DNA from: Candidatus Poribacteria bacterium
GTDB lineage: Bacteria > Poribacteria > WGA-4E > WGA-3G
Assembly (NCBI GenBank): GCA_963665235.2
Contig: CAXXLX010000001.1
Location: forward strand, 160,001-224,000
Length of the DNA: 64,000 bases
Direction: 5' to 3'
Shown: one piece after another, positions 53,772 through 63,451 of the stretch
Layout of the letters: every line of letters starts with the position of its first letter
Position numbering within the stretch: position 1 is the stretch's first letter
Translations under genes and position numbers: made by a program
The notes under the pieces: generated by a model
Told to the model about the DNA's origin: nothing
Database searches by the model: none
Seen by the model: only the letters and a program-made list of their open reading frames with translations

Positions 53772-55412
53772 ATGGTGAACAAACCCGGTCCTGTTTTCAC
53801 AAGTGTTGCCTTATTGAGCATCCTATTTGTCTGGTACGGATACGCGTACGGAGACCAGTACGGATACGCGGCAGACATTCAGTTTGTAGATGTTACGGAA
53901 GCAGCGGGTATCCGTTTTGAACATGTGGGGGGTATAGCGCATCGCGTAGTGCCCGCGCTTGTGGGTTCAGGGGCTGCATGGCGAGATTATGATGAAAACG
54001 GCACCCTGGATCTGTATATTGTTAACAGCGCGGCGGTGAGACCTGAACCGGGGACAATTCTTCCCAAAAACGCGCTTTACCGAAATAATGGCGATGGCAC
54101 TTTTACAGACGTGACGGATACCGCAGGCGTTGGGGACACGGGATGGGGCATGGGATGCGCCTTCGCTGATTATGATAACGATGGTGATGCTGACCTTTAT
54201 GTGACAAACTATAAAGCGAACGTCTTCTATTTGAACAAGGGGGATGGTACATTCAAACGTTTCACATCGGGTGCTGGCGGGATTGGCCATACAGGTTTTG
54301 GGGCAGGTATTGTGTGGGCGGATTACGATGCGGATGGGTTTGTTGAACTTTACTTCGGCAACTATATCGAGTATAGCAAAGTTCCACAGGGAGATGAGGT
54401 TTTCTTTCCTTACGATTTTTTCGGACAGGCGAATGTTCTTTATTTGAACAGAGGTGATGGCGGGTTCGTTGATGTTACCGATGCTGCGAAGGTTAATGGC
54501 GGGTTTCACTTAACGCTGGGGGTGGCCGCTGCAGATTATGATAACGATGGGGACCTAGATATATACCTCGCTAATGATACCGATCAGAATATTCTCTACC
54601 GAAACGATGACGATATGACGTTTATGAATACGAATCATCCGGACGCGAGAAGCGGTACGGGGGATATTCGCAGCGGAATGGGTGTCGCCTGGGGCGATTA
54701 TGATAACGATGGGAGGCTGGATCTGTTCGTTACAAATTGGCTCGATGAGAACAATGTGCTTTACCGAAATAGAGGGGATGGCACGTTTATTGATGTTTCG
54801 GCACAGAGCGGTGTTTTTGAGTCTGGACTCGGGAAGACCTGTTGGGGCACGGTATTTTTCGATGTAGATAACGACATGGACCTAGATCTGTTTTTCTCGG
54901 CTGGACATATTGACCCTGCCTCGTGGGAGAAGCATGGGCAGCCGGATGTGCTGCTCCGTAATAATGGCGATGGGACGTTCACCGATATATCTGAACGGGT
55001 GGGCCTTCGGCAGTTGAATTCACCGGGGGTTGGCAGAGGTGTTGCTGCTGGCGACTACGATGCAGATGGGGATGTGGATTTGGTGATTGTGAATAGCGGT
55101 GAAAAGCTGAGATTGCTCCGCAACGATAGCAGGAATAGACACAATTGGCTTCATATCCGCACTATCGGTGTGAAGAGCAATCGTGATGGGATTGGGGCGC
55201 GAGTCAAAGTTATCACAGGCGATATCCATCAAATTCGTGAGGTTGCTGCAGGGAGCAGTTATCTATCTCAGCACAGTCCGACGGTGGAATTTGGACTTAG
55301 CACTTATAACAAAGTTGATAGGGTTATTATTCAATGGCCGAGCGGTATCGTTCAGACGTTGAACGATATTGCGGTGAATCAGAGGTTGGTTGTGACGGAA
55401 AAGGTGGAGTGA
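53772..55412 (+). CDS. CRTAC1-family protein (FG-GAP/VCBS repeats + ASPIC/UnbV)
   Basis: DYDNDGDxD repeats, SNRDGIGARV, SYLSQH..VEFGL, IQWPSG. Confidence 0.9.
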   Translation: MVNKPGPVFTSVALLSILFVWYGYAYGDQYGYAADIQFVDVTEAAGIRFEHVGGIAHRVVPALVGSGAAWRDYDENGTLDLYIVNSAAVRPEPGTILPKNALYRNNGDGTFTDVTDTAGVGDTGWGMGCAFADYDNDGDADLYVTNYKANVFYLNKGDGTFKRFTSGAGGIGHTGFGAGIVWADYDADGFVELYFGNYIEYSKVPQGDEVFFPYDFFGQANVLYLNRGDGGFVDVTDAAKVNGGFHLTLGVAAADYDNDGDLDIYLANDTDQNILYRNDDDMTFMNTNHPDARSGTGDIRSGMGVAWGDYDNDGRLDLFVTNWLDENNVLYRNRGDGTFIDVSAQSGVFESGLGKTCWGTVFFDVDNDMDLDLFFSAGHIDPASWEKHGQPDVLLRNNGDGTFTDISERVGLRQLNSPGVGRGVAAGDYDADGDVDLVIVNSGEKLRLLRNDSRNRHNWLHIRTIGVKSNRDGIGARVKVITGDIHQIREVAAGSSYLSQHSPTVEFGLSTYNKVDRVIIQWPSGIVQTLNDIAVNQRLVVTEKVE

Positions 55413-55699
55413 GCGGGGATGTGTAAAGTTTTGGTACAAAGGATAGGTGAAGGGTGGAAGAGGAGAAGAATGGAAGAATGGAAGAGGGGAAGGATGGAAG
55501 GGTGGATTTCGCGGGTGTTGTCTGAATCGCGGAAGGCGCGGAGAACACGGAAGGCGCGGAAAAAAGAGGTTTGTTGCTAACATCTAACCATTTTTGTCTG
55601 AATCGCAGAGAACACGGAGAACACGGAAGGCGCAGATTGTCCGATGGGTAACAATCAAAGGTTTGTGATTAATACGCCCCCAATTTTTTAAAAATTTGA

Positions 55700-55728
55700 T
55701 TGACATTAATCGGAAATTTCGGTATAAT
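55700..55728 (+). promoter_or_regulatory. Consensus sigma70 promoter
   Basis: TTGACA-N17-TATAAT, about 650 bp upstream of the next CDS. Confidence 0.7.
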
Positions 55729-56014
55729 TATAGAATTAGCAATTGGCTCATTGGCAATTGGCAAGAAATATAAGAGAAGAGAAGAAATATAAGAAAGAGA
55801 AGATTCTCTTTCTCTTTGTTCTCTTCCTCTTGCTATAGGTTTCCAACGGTTTCCATAAGCCAGCGAAGCTATAAACATATCACCCCGCCGGGGCTAAGAG
55901 TTGTGGGGTTGCATATTTCTATAGACATACCGCCCATACTGGGCTAAGACATCAGAACGCTTTTCAAACTAACGTTAGCTATCAATTTTTTTTTCACACG
56001 GGGACTTGACGATG

Positions 56015-56331
56015 CAAAACGAATTGCTATTCAGAAATGAACGGAGCCGATATCTGTCATTTTTTCGGGAGTGTCTTATTGCGGTCCCCAAGGGGCATGA
56101 CTTAACGATTAGGAATTACCCCCCCCTTCATATTTTACAATCGTTAATTTTGTTTTACAAGGCAGCGCAGCAGGATTTACAAGCTGCAATACCTTCGCGC
56201 CTGTACGCGCCCTTCATTTTTATGGGGTGCTGCAGGCTTTTTTTGTTGCATTGTGGGTATCTACAGTGCATGTCTCTCTTATTGCGTTGCGCGTGTATAT
56301 AGAAATTGTGCGCGATACCGAAGAGAAAATT
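56015..56331 (+). promoter_or_regulatory. Conserved ~320-bp leader, copy B
   Basis: Homologous to the reverse complement of 47833-48150. Confidence 0.55.
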
Positions 56332-56380
56332 TAATTGTTGTAGTAGGCACGTTTCGCCGTGCCGTAACAGGAGGAAACTG

Positions 56381-57028
56381 ATGCTACGAAGATTATTACT
56401 GATACTTCTATGTGCCGTTTTTGTAGCGGGTCTTGTTCATGATGGTATACCTGCTAAAGAGATTCGGGTTCGAGGCGGTCACGTGGCTGATTTTAAGGAT
56501 TCTAAGGGCCGTATCTGGTATGGCGGTCAAAATACTGACCAAGAGTGGGGCGGCTGGATTGAGAAATTGCCGCTTACAGCCGAGGTCGCAAACCTGACAG
56601 CTAATGCTAAAAATCTGGCAAAGCAGGAAGGTTACGATGAACCGCTCTTCCATGCTGTGAGTTGGGCAGCCTTTCCGGATGTCGTCAAGGTTGATTTGAA
56701 AACCGGGAGAGGTGTCTTCGACGTAACCTATCTGGTCGGTGAACATTGGTCCCCAAATAATCGCGGTTTTGATATTTTCATCGAAGATGAGAATGTTGAA
56801 CCGCTCTATGTCACACCCGGTAGAGACGAGATCGATATTAAGCGGTACGAAGGCATTGAGGTTAAGGATAGCGTGATGAGTTTCGTATTTGCTGGCAACA
56901 ATGCAACAGGCAAAGGCGATCTGAATGCTATGTTCAGTGGGATAGAGGTTATTCCTACGTTGGCTGTTGAGCCGGAGCGGAAACTGACGACAACGTGGGG
57001 CATCCTCAAAAGTGAACGACAAAACTAA
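56381..57028 (+). CDS. Secreted malectin-like domain protein with TWG tail
   Basis: Signal peptide; FKDSKGRIW, G.FDVT..VGEHW...RGFDI, AMFSGIEV; ends AVEPERKLTTTWGILKS. Confidence 0.7.
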   Translation: MLRRLLLILLCAVFVAGLVHDGIPAKEIRVRGGHVADFKDSKGRIWYGGQNTDQEWGGWIEKLPLTAEVANLTANAKNLAKQEGYDEPLFHAVSWAAFPDVVKVDLKTGRGVFDVTYLVGEHWSPNNRGFDIFIEDENVEPLYVTPGRDEIDIKRYEGIEVKDSVMSFVFAGNNATGKGDLNAMFSGIEVIPTLAVEPERKLTTTWGILKSERQN

Positions 57029-57045
57029 GATAATGGAGGTACATT

Positions 57046-57693
57046 ATGAGATTATTGTGCATTTTAACAGTAGCGATTTTTCTTGTAGGGGCCATCGGGC
57101 CGGCTGTGGTGTTGGCAGAGGAATACCGTGTCCGAGGCGGGCATGCGGGTGATTTTACCGATTCAAAGGGCCGTGTCTGGTATGGCGCGCAACAGGCTGA
57201 CCAAGATTGGGGCGGCTGGATTGAAAAAGCACCGCTCACCGCTGAAGTCGCTACATTGACAGATGATGCGAAAGCACTAGCGCAAGAAGCGGGTTACGAT
57301 GAGGCACTCTTCCACGCTGTGAGCTGGGCAGCATTCCCTGATACGGTTAAATATCAGTTCAAAACGGGCAACGGTGTTTTTGATGTAACCTATATGGTCG
57401 GTGAGCATTGGTCGCCTAACAATCGCGGCTTTGATATTATTATCGAAGAGGAGATTGTTGAAGCACTGTATGTCACACCCGGTAGAGATGAGATTGATAT
57501 TAAGCGGTATGAAGCGATTGAGGTGACAGATGGTACGCTCGATTTTAACTTTGCTGGCAACGGTGAAACAGGCGCAGGTGATCTGAATGCTATGTTCAGT
57601 GCGTTGGAGGCTGTGACATCGGCTGTTACTGCTGTAGATGCGAAGGCGAAGTTGACAACGACCTGGGGTGCGCTGAAAAGTAATCGCCAATAA
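57046..57693 (+). CDS. Secreted malectin-like domain protein, paralog, with TWG tail
   Basis: Paralog of the previous gene; ends AVDAKAKLTTTWGALKS. Confidence 0.7.
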   Translation: MRLLCILTVAIFLVGAIGPAVVLAEEYRVRGGHAGDFTDSKGRVWYGAQQADQDWGGWIEKAPLTAEVATLTDDAKALAQEAGYDEALFHAVSWAAFPDTVKYQFKTGNGVFDVTYMVGEHWSPNNRGFDIIIEEEIVEALYVTPGRDEIDIKRYEAIEVTDGTLDFNFAGNGETGAGDLNAMFSALEAVTSAVTAVDAKAKLTTTWGALKSNRQ

Positions 57694-57712
57694 ACGTTTA
57701 CCCGATAATAGA

Positions 57713-57755
57713 GAAAAGCCCGCAGCATTTTAGATGTCGTGGGCTTTTCTTTTTT
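57713..57755 (+). terminator. Rho-independent terminator
   Basis: gaaaagccc...gggcttttc followed by a T run. Confidence 0.65.
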
Positions 57756-58036
57756 GCGATGGAAAGACATCGTGTGCACAGCACGCTCCTACATACGCCG
57801 ATGGGTTTTCCAAAGCGCAGTTACCCCAGCGGGGCGGAATATTTATAGAATGTTGGAAACCATTGGTTTATGGTTATTAGCAGTTAGCAAGAGGGTTGTG
57901 ATGCTAAGCCTATCTCTGCCGCGCGTCAAAACCCGCTTCCCCGCTTCCACCCTTCCATGCTTCCACCCTTCCACCTATCCCTTTGACAAGAACGTTGTGC
58001 CTCCCTAAAATTGTCCAAAGTTCAGTAATTTTTAAT

Positions 58037-58065
58037 TTGACAATTTAAATTTTTTTGGGTATAAT
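58037..58065 (+). promoter_or_regulatory. Consensus sigma70 promoter
   Basis: TTGACA-N17-TATAAT. Confidence 0.7.
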
Positions 58066-58136
58066 TAATTTTAGGAATGTAGCTTTTCCACATATTAATC
58101 TAGCCTGCAAATTTCTACAAAAACCGAAGGAAACGC

Positions 58137-61100
58137 ATGAAAACAGGATTTATTTTCGCTGTATGTTTCGTTATTATTTTTGCAATAGGAGCATCCATCG
58201 GTTTTACTCACACTCCAGAAAATATAGACAATCCACAATGGCACTTACCTGAGGGGGCAATAGCTCGTCTGGGTAAAGGCACAGTAAATGGTCTCACATA
58301 TTCGCCGGATGGTGCCCAGCTCGTTGTTGCAAGCAGCATCGGGATATGGGTTTATGATGCACAGACCCTGGCCCCGCTTTCATTGTCTACTGGACATACG
58401 GATATTGTCTCAAGTGTTGCATATTCCCCGAATGGGAGGACGTTTGCAAGTGGCAGCTGGGATAATACGGTGCGTTTATGGAACGCTGGCACAGGACAAT
58501 CGAAGACAGTACTTTCGGGACACGGCGACCGGATTGTCTCTGTTGGGTATTCCCCGGATGGGAGGACGTTTGTAAGTGGCAGCTGGGATAATACGGTGCG
58601 TTTATGGGATACTCACACGGGACAACTGAAAACAATACTTTCGGGGCATACACACCGTGTTAATAATGTTGCCTTTTCTCCGCAGGGTAACATGGTTGCC
58701 AGCAGTGCTGTTGAAGAAGACACGGTGCGTTTGTGGGATGTTGCGACTGGAGAAACGGTTAGCGTACTGACGGTTAGCACGAAAGGTTTAACTGCCCTTG
58801 CGTATTCACCGGATGGCACCGTTCTTGCTGTTGGCGAGCAGGGTGGTGGCGTTCAGTTGTGGGACGTTTCGGCAGGGGAGGCACTTGCTACGTTCACGGG
58901 TCACACGAAGCCTGTGACCTCGCTTGCGTATTCTCCGGATGGTAGCATGCTTGTCAGTGGCAGTGAAGGGGGGACGATTCGTTTGTGGGATGTTACAAGC
59001 GGTCGGTCGGTTGCGACGCTCACAAAACACAGCGGTAATGTCCATTCGGTTGCGTATTCTCCGGATGGGGGTACGCTTGTGAGCGGGAGTGATGATGGGG
59101 CAATCTACTTTTGGGATGTTGCGACAAGAGAAATCGGTGCGATGCTTTCAGGTCATGCGGCTCCTGGGGATTCGGTTACATATTCCCCTGATGGCAATAT
59201 AATTGCTGCTGGCAGTGAGAATGGCACGTTGCGTTTGTGGGATGTTGAGACTCGGCAGCCAGTTGCGACACTTATAGGACATACCGCTCGGATTCGGGGT
59301 GTTGCGTTTTCGCCGGATGGCAGCCGCCTTGGGAGTGTAGGTGGGCTAGATCGTACGGCGCGTTTGTGGGATGTCGCGACTGGGGAACCTATATCGGTCC
59401 TGACGGGCCATGTTGGCGGTGTTCTTTACATTGCGTTTTCTCCTGATGGTAAAACACTTGCGACTGCAGGCGGTTACCGGGACAATACTATCCGTTTATG
59501 GGATGTTGCAAGCGGTGAAACCACAGCTGTTCTCATTGGACATACCTCCTGGGTACGTTCTATTGCGTTTTCTCCTGATGGTAAAACACTTGCAAGTGTT
59601 GGCGGTTTTGGCGACAATAGTGTACGTTTATGGGATGTTGGGAGCGGACAAACTAAAGCGATATTGACTGGACATACCTCCTGGGTTCATACCGTCGCGT
59701 ATTCACCGGATGGTAGCACGATTGCTAGCGCGGGGAATGATACGACTGTGCGGTTGTGGGATGTTGCAAGCGGTCAAATGAAAGCTATCCTTACTGGACA
59801 TACTTACGAGGTTTTTTCGGTTGCGTTTTCGCCGGATGGTAGTATGCTTGCTAGTGCGGGGCCTCGGACTGTGCGGTTGTGGCATCCTACTACGGGGCAT
59901 GCTATTGCAACACTGACAGGAACCGTGTACGGTACGCGTTCGGTTGCGTTTTCGCCGGATAGTAGTACACTTGCTAGCACGGGAGCAGATGGTACAGTGT
60001 TTTTATGGGATTTATCGCTATTGCTGTCGGAAGTAAAAGAGATCCAAACAGCTGTTTCACAAATTCAACAACAAGATAGCGAAGGGCCTCGCGTGCGTCT
60101 CGCTTACTTCTATCCAAAAGACCAGGTACCTCGGAGCGGTATAGTGGCCCAGGTGGACAGGATTATGAAAGACGTGCAGGTGTTCTACGCTCGGGAGATG
60201 AAACGGCACGGATATGATATAAAGACTTTCAGGTTTGAAGCGGATCCGTCAGGGCATGCTCTTGTTCATCATATAGAGGGTGAGTTCGAGCAGGTTTATT
60301 ATGAAGATAATCCTTATGGGAAAGTTTTTACGGAAATTCATGAATATTTTGACAGACCGCAGGACATTTTTATGGTATTTTTAGAGGTGAGTGGTGAATT
60401 TTTTGGGCGCGACATCTGTGGTCTGGGTGGTATCCATGGAGGTGGTGGTGGGACAGCGATGTTTCCTGCTTTAGGGAATTGTTTTAGTTTTCGGATTGTT
60501 GCGCATGAGCTGGGTCATGCTTTAGGGCTGTATCACGATCACCGCGAACCGAACCTGATGTCTGGGAGTACTGGGTATCTGAGTCGGCTGACTAGATGCA
60601 CTGCACATTTTTTAGCGGTTCACCCGATTTTTAATTTCGAGCAGGTTTCCTCGAACACACTTCCGAAGATTCATAGATTGTCCCCTATCGGTTCACTGTC
60701 AACAAGCATCCGTATCCGTTTCAGTGTAACACACGAGGAGGAGCTTCACCAAGTCCAATTGTTTGCTGAGGCACTGCCTATAGACCCGCTTCCGGGCACC
60801 AAATTGCTTGCATGCCAAGACTTAAAGGGTAAAACGGCTGCGTTTGCATTTCCTATCACGGAATTAACTGCGACTCCTGCCGAGCCTATATCCCTTCAGC
60901 TTACGGATATCCATGGCAGGACATCATGGACGTGGTTTCCTAACCCATTAGATGGTACTGTGCAATTAGATCTGAACGGGGATGGCGTTTTAGACTTTTC
61001 GGATTTAGCGGTGATTGGCACTAACTTCGGCAGCACTAGTGAATTCAATAAGGCAGATGTCAACGGGGATGGGACTGTTAATATACTGGATATTGTGTTA

Positions 61101-61139
61101 GTTACGTCTTTCTTGGAGGCATTGGCATCTGGTAATTAG
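58137..61139 (+). CDS. Secreted WD40 (about 14 repeats) + zinc metallopeptidase + dockerin-like protein
   Basis: WD40 repeats, HELGHALGLYH..LM metzincin motif, DLNGDG and DVNGDGTVNILD. Confidence 0.88.
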   Translation: MKTGFIFAVCFVIIFAIGASIGFTHTPENIDNPQWHLPEGAIARLGKGTVNGLTYSPDGAQLVVASSIGIWVYDAQTLAPLSLSTGHTDIVSSVAYSPNGRTFASGSWDNTVRLWNAGTGQSKTVLSGHGDRIVSVGYSPDGRTFVSGSWDNTVRLWDTHTGQLKTILSGHTHRVNNVAFSPQGNMVASSAVEEDTVRLWDVATGETVSVLTVSTKGLTALAYSPDGTVLAVGEQGGGVQLWDVSAGEALATFTGHTKPVTSLAYSPDGSMLVSGSEGGTIRLWDVTSGRSVATLTKHSGNVHSVAYSPDGGTLVSGSDDGAIYFWDVATREIGAMLSGHAAPGDSVTYSPDGNIIAAGSENGTLRLWDVETRQPVATLIGHTARIRGVAFSPDGSRLGSVGGLDRTARLWDVATGEPISVLTGHVGGVLYIAFSPDGKTLATAGGYRDNTIRLWDVASGETTAVLIGHTSWVRSIAFSPDGKTLASVGGFGDNSVRLWDVGSGQTKAILTGHTSWVHTVAYSPDGSTIASAGNDTTVRLWDVASGQMKAILTGHTYEVFSVAFSPDGSMLASAGPRTVRLWHPTTGHAIATLTGTVYGTRSVAFSPDSSTLASTGADGTVFLWDLSLLLSEVKEIQTAVSQIQQQDSEGPRVRLAYFYPKDQVPRSGIVAQVDRIMKDVQVFYAREMKRHGYDIKTFRFEADPSGHALVHHIEGEFEQVYYEDNPYGKVFTEIHEYFDRPQDIFMVFLEVSGEFFGRDICGLGGIHGGGGGTAMFPALGNCFSFRIVAHELGHALGLYHDHREPNLMSGSTGYLSRLTRCTAHFLAVHPIFNFEQVSSNTLPKIHRLSPIGSLSTSIRIRFSVTHEEELHQVQLFAEALPIDPLPGTKLLACQDLKGKTAAFAFPITELTATPAEPISLQLTDIHGRTSWTWFPNPLDGTVQLDLNGDGVLDFSDLAVIGTNFGSTSEFNKADVNGDGTVNILDIVLVTSFLEALASGN

Positions 61140-61430
61140 CTGTTGGCGATTGGCAATTGGCGATTGGCGATTAGCAAGAGGAAGAGGGTTTTGAGGGTGT
61201 GTAAAGTTTTTGTACAACTGTCTGAATGCACGTCGCATTTGGGCGAGTACGCCGCAAATCGCGGATTACACAGAGGACACAGAGAACACGGAAAAAGAGC
61301 GGTTTTGATAACATCTACGCATTACGGAAAATACCTGTTTTGTGTGAGAAAAATCAGCAATGCTTTGCAAATCGGGCATCAGGCTCACAGAAATTGTCCA
61401 AAGTATAGTTAAAGTTAGGAGAATATTTTT

Positions 61431-62705
61431 ATGACATCAAAAAATGAAACTGTCCGAATCGCTGTTGTGGGCATGGGTATTGGGAGACCGAACGGTGCGG
61501 CTCTGTCCGCAAACGCACGAGGGCATGTCGTCGCGCTCTGCGATTTGGTTGAAGACCGGATGAAAGACTTCGCCAAGAATTTACCCGGTGAGGTCAAACT
61601 GTACACAGATTACAAGCAGATGTGCAAAGCGTCAGACATTGATGCGGTGTTTGTCGGCACTCCGAATCAGTGGCATGTGCCTATAGCATTAGAGGCGGTA
61701 CGTAACGGTAAGCACGTTATGGTCACAAAACCGCTGGCAGATTCGGAGGCGGCGGCGGAAAAATTGGTTAAAGCGGCCGAGGCGGCTGGGGTTGTTAATA
61801 TGATGTCGCTCTCGACGCGTTTTGGGAACGATTGCCAATATCTGGGTACCCTTGCCCGAGATGACTATTTTGGCGAGCTGTACTACGCGCGTGCGCGGAG
61901 TGTGCGTCGGAGCGGTATTCCTGCCTGGAACCTCGGTTTTATTCAGAAGGGTGGCGGGGCATTTCGCGATATGGGTGTCCATGTGCTTGACTCGGCGTGG
62001 TGGATACTGGGATTACCGAAGCCAATTGCCGTACTGGGTGCTGCTGGCGCGAAGTTCGGGCCTCGAGGGCTCGGCTACTGGAATCAGAGTAAACCGCCGA
62101 AAGAGACTTACGAGAAATATGATTCGGATGACTACGCTGGTGGGTTTATTACTTTTGAAGGTGGCATCGGTTTACAGGTGGAAAGTTTCTGGGCATCGCA
62201 TCAACCTGGCGAATTTCAGATAGAACTTTTTGGTACGGAGGCCGGTGCGACGTTGTCCCCGTTGAAACTCTACCGAACTAACGAAGCCGGTGAGTTTGAG
62301 GACCTAGATGGGAAACCGCCAAAAAGTAAGTATGGAAATTCATGGGATGCGATAGCTGACCATTTCATTGAATGTATTGTTGATGGCGTACCTTGTAAGG
62401 CACCGCTTCGACACGGCTTGATTGTGCAGCAGATGATGGAAGGATTGCTCACAAGTGCGGAGACAGGGCGCGAGGTCCACATTGAAGCACCTGATACCGC
62501 TTCTCATGATTTGGGTAACAATACTGGCACAGTTGTGGAGATGGTATTGCAATATCTGAAAAGGGCAGGCGAGTCAGAAACAATTGATGTCCTAAACGCG
62601 TTGCCTGATGCTAATCCAGGAACTGTCACAACTACTCTGAATCGTTTATCCAGGGAAGGACGGATCCGAAAGATAAGCACAGGACGTTACACATCCCTTG
62701 GGTGA
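61431..62705 (+). CDS. Gfo/Idh/MocA oxidoreductase with C-terminal winged-HTH-like extension
   Basis: VVGMG, TKPLA, GGGAFRDMGVH; tail TVTTTLNRLSREGRIRKISTGRY. Confidence 0.85.
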   Translation: MTSKNETVRIAVVGMGIGRPNGAALSANARGHVVALCDLVEDRMKDFAKNLPGEVKLYTDYKQMCKASDIDAVFVGTPNQWHVPIALEAVRNGKHVMVTKPLADSEAAAEKLVKAAEAAGVVNMMSLSTRFGNDCQYLGTLARDDYFGELYYARARSVRRSGIPAWNLGFIQKGGGAFRDMGVHVLDSAWWILGLPKPIAVLGAAGAKFGPRGLGYWNQSKPPKETYEKYDSDDYAGGFITFEGGIGLQVESFWASHQPGEFQIELFGTEAGATLSPLKLYRTNEAGEFEDLDGKPPKSKYGNSWDAIADHFIECIVDGVPCKAPLRHGLIVQQMMEGLLTSAETGREVHIEAPDTASHDLGNNTGTVVEMVLQYLKRAGESETIDVLNALPDANPGTVTTTLNRLSREGRIRKISTGRYTSLG

Positions 62706-62718
62706 AGAGGTTTGAAAA

Positions 62719-63423
62719 ATGACGTTTGATATGAAGACGGTTTGCAGCGATTTTGAGGAGATAGGCTTCGCCATTGTTCCGAACCTTTTTTCAAGAAGTG
62801 AGGTGCAGCGATTAAAGTTAGAATGTATTGACATTTTAGAAGCTGTCAAGGCGGAGACAGGCGCGGTCCCGGGGCACGGCGTTTATGTCGGCTTAGCTGC
62901 GCGGAGCCCTGTCTTCCAGGAGGCGGTGGGTGATACGCGGCTGCTCGATATTTTAGAAGGAATTCTTGCCCCAGATATTGAATTTCTGAGCGACAAAGTG
63001 GTTTTCAAGAGCGAAACAATGACCTTTGCTAGCCCCTGGCACCAGGATTGGCACTATTGGCACGGTGCACACAAATTCTCTATTTGGGTTGCTTTGGATG
63101 ATGTGTCTGTGGAAAATGGGTGTCTCAAACTGTTTCCGGGGTCACACAAATCGGCTATTGTGCACGATGGAGATGCAAACGATGGACACGGGTTCGGTAA
63201 TCGTCTGCGTCCGGGGGCAGTTGACGAAAGTCTGGCTGTCACAGCGGAGATTGAGGCAGGGGGTGCTGTCTTTTTTCACGACTTAACGCTTCATGCAAGT
63301 CATCCGAATCGCTCCGGTGAAGAACGTTGGGTGTGGATTCCGACATATCGTGATGCGAAGGCGGAAGATAACGACTATCCGTGGGCGGTCGCTGCAAAGG
63401 TCTTACGGGGTGAAGGTCGATAA
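62719..63423 (+). CDS. Phytanoyl-CoA dioxygenase (PhyH) family protein
   Basis: PWHQD, WVALDD..ENGCL..PGSH, LHASHPN.S..R. Confidence 0.9.
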   Translation: MTFDMKTVCSDFEEIGFAIVPNLFSRSEVQRLKLECIDILEAVKAETGAVPGHGVYVGLAARSPVFQEAVGDTRLLDILEGILAPDIEFLSDKVVFKSETMTFASPWHQDWHYWHGAHKFSIWVALDDVSVENGCLKLFPGSHKSAIVHDGDANDGHGFGNRLRPGAVDESLAVTAEIEAGGAVFFHDLTLHASHPNRSGEERWVWIPTYRDAKAEDNDYPWAVAAKVLRGEGR

Positions 63424-63451
63424 TCTACAGAACGAAGGAGTATGAGAAAAT

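Noticed and set aside
47855-56302. The 99-aa and 98-aa ORFs (47855-48154, 56006-56302) as a protein family
   Set aside because: Amino-acid similarity is confined to the ends while nucleotide similarity continues through frame-shifting indels, and there is no clear RBS. Treated as non-coding.
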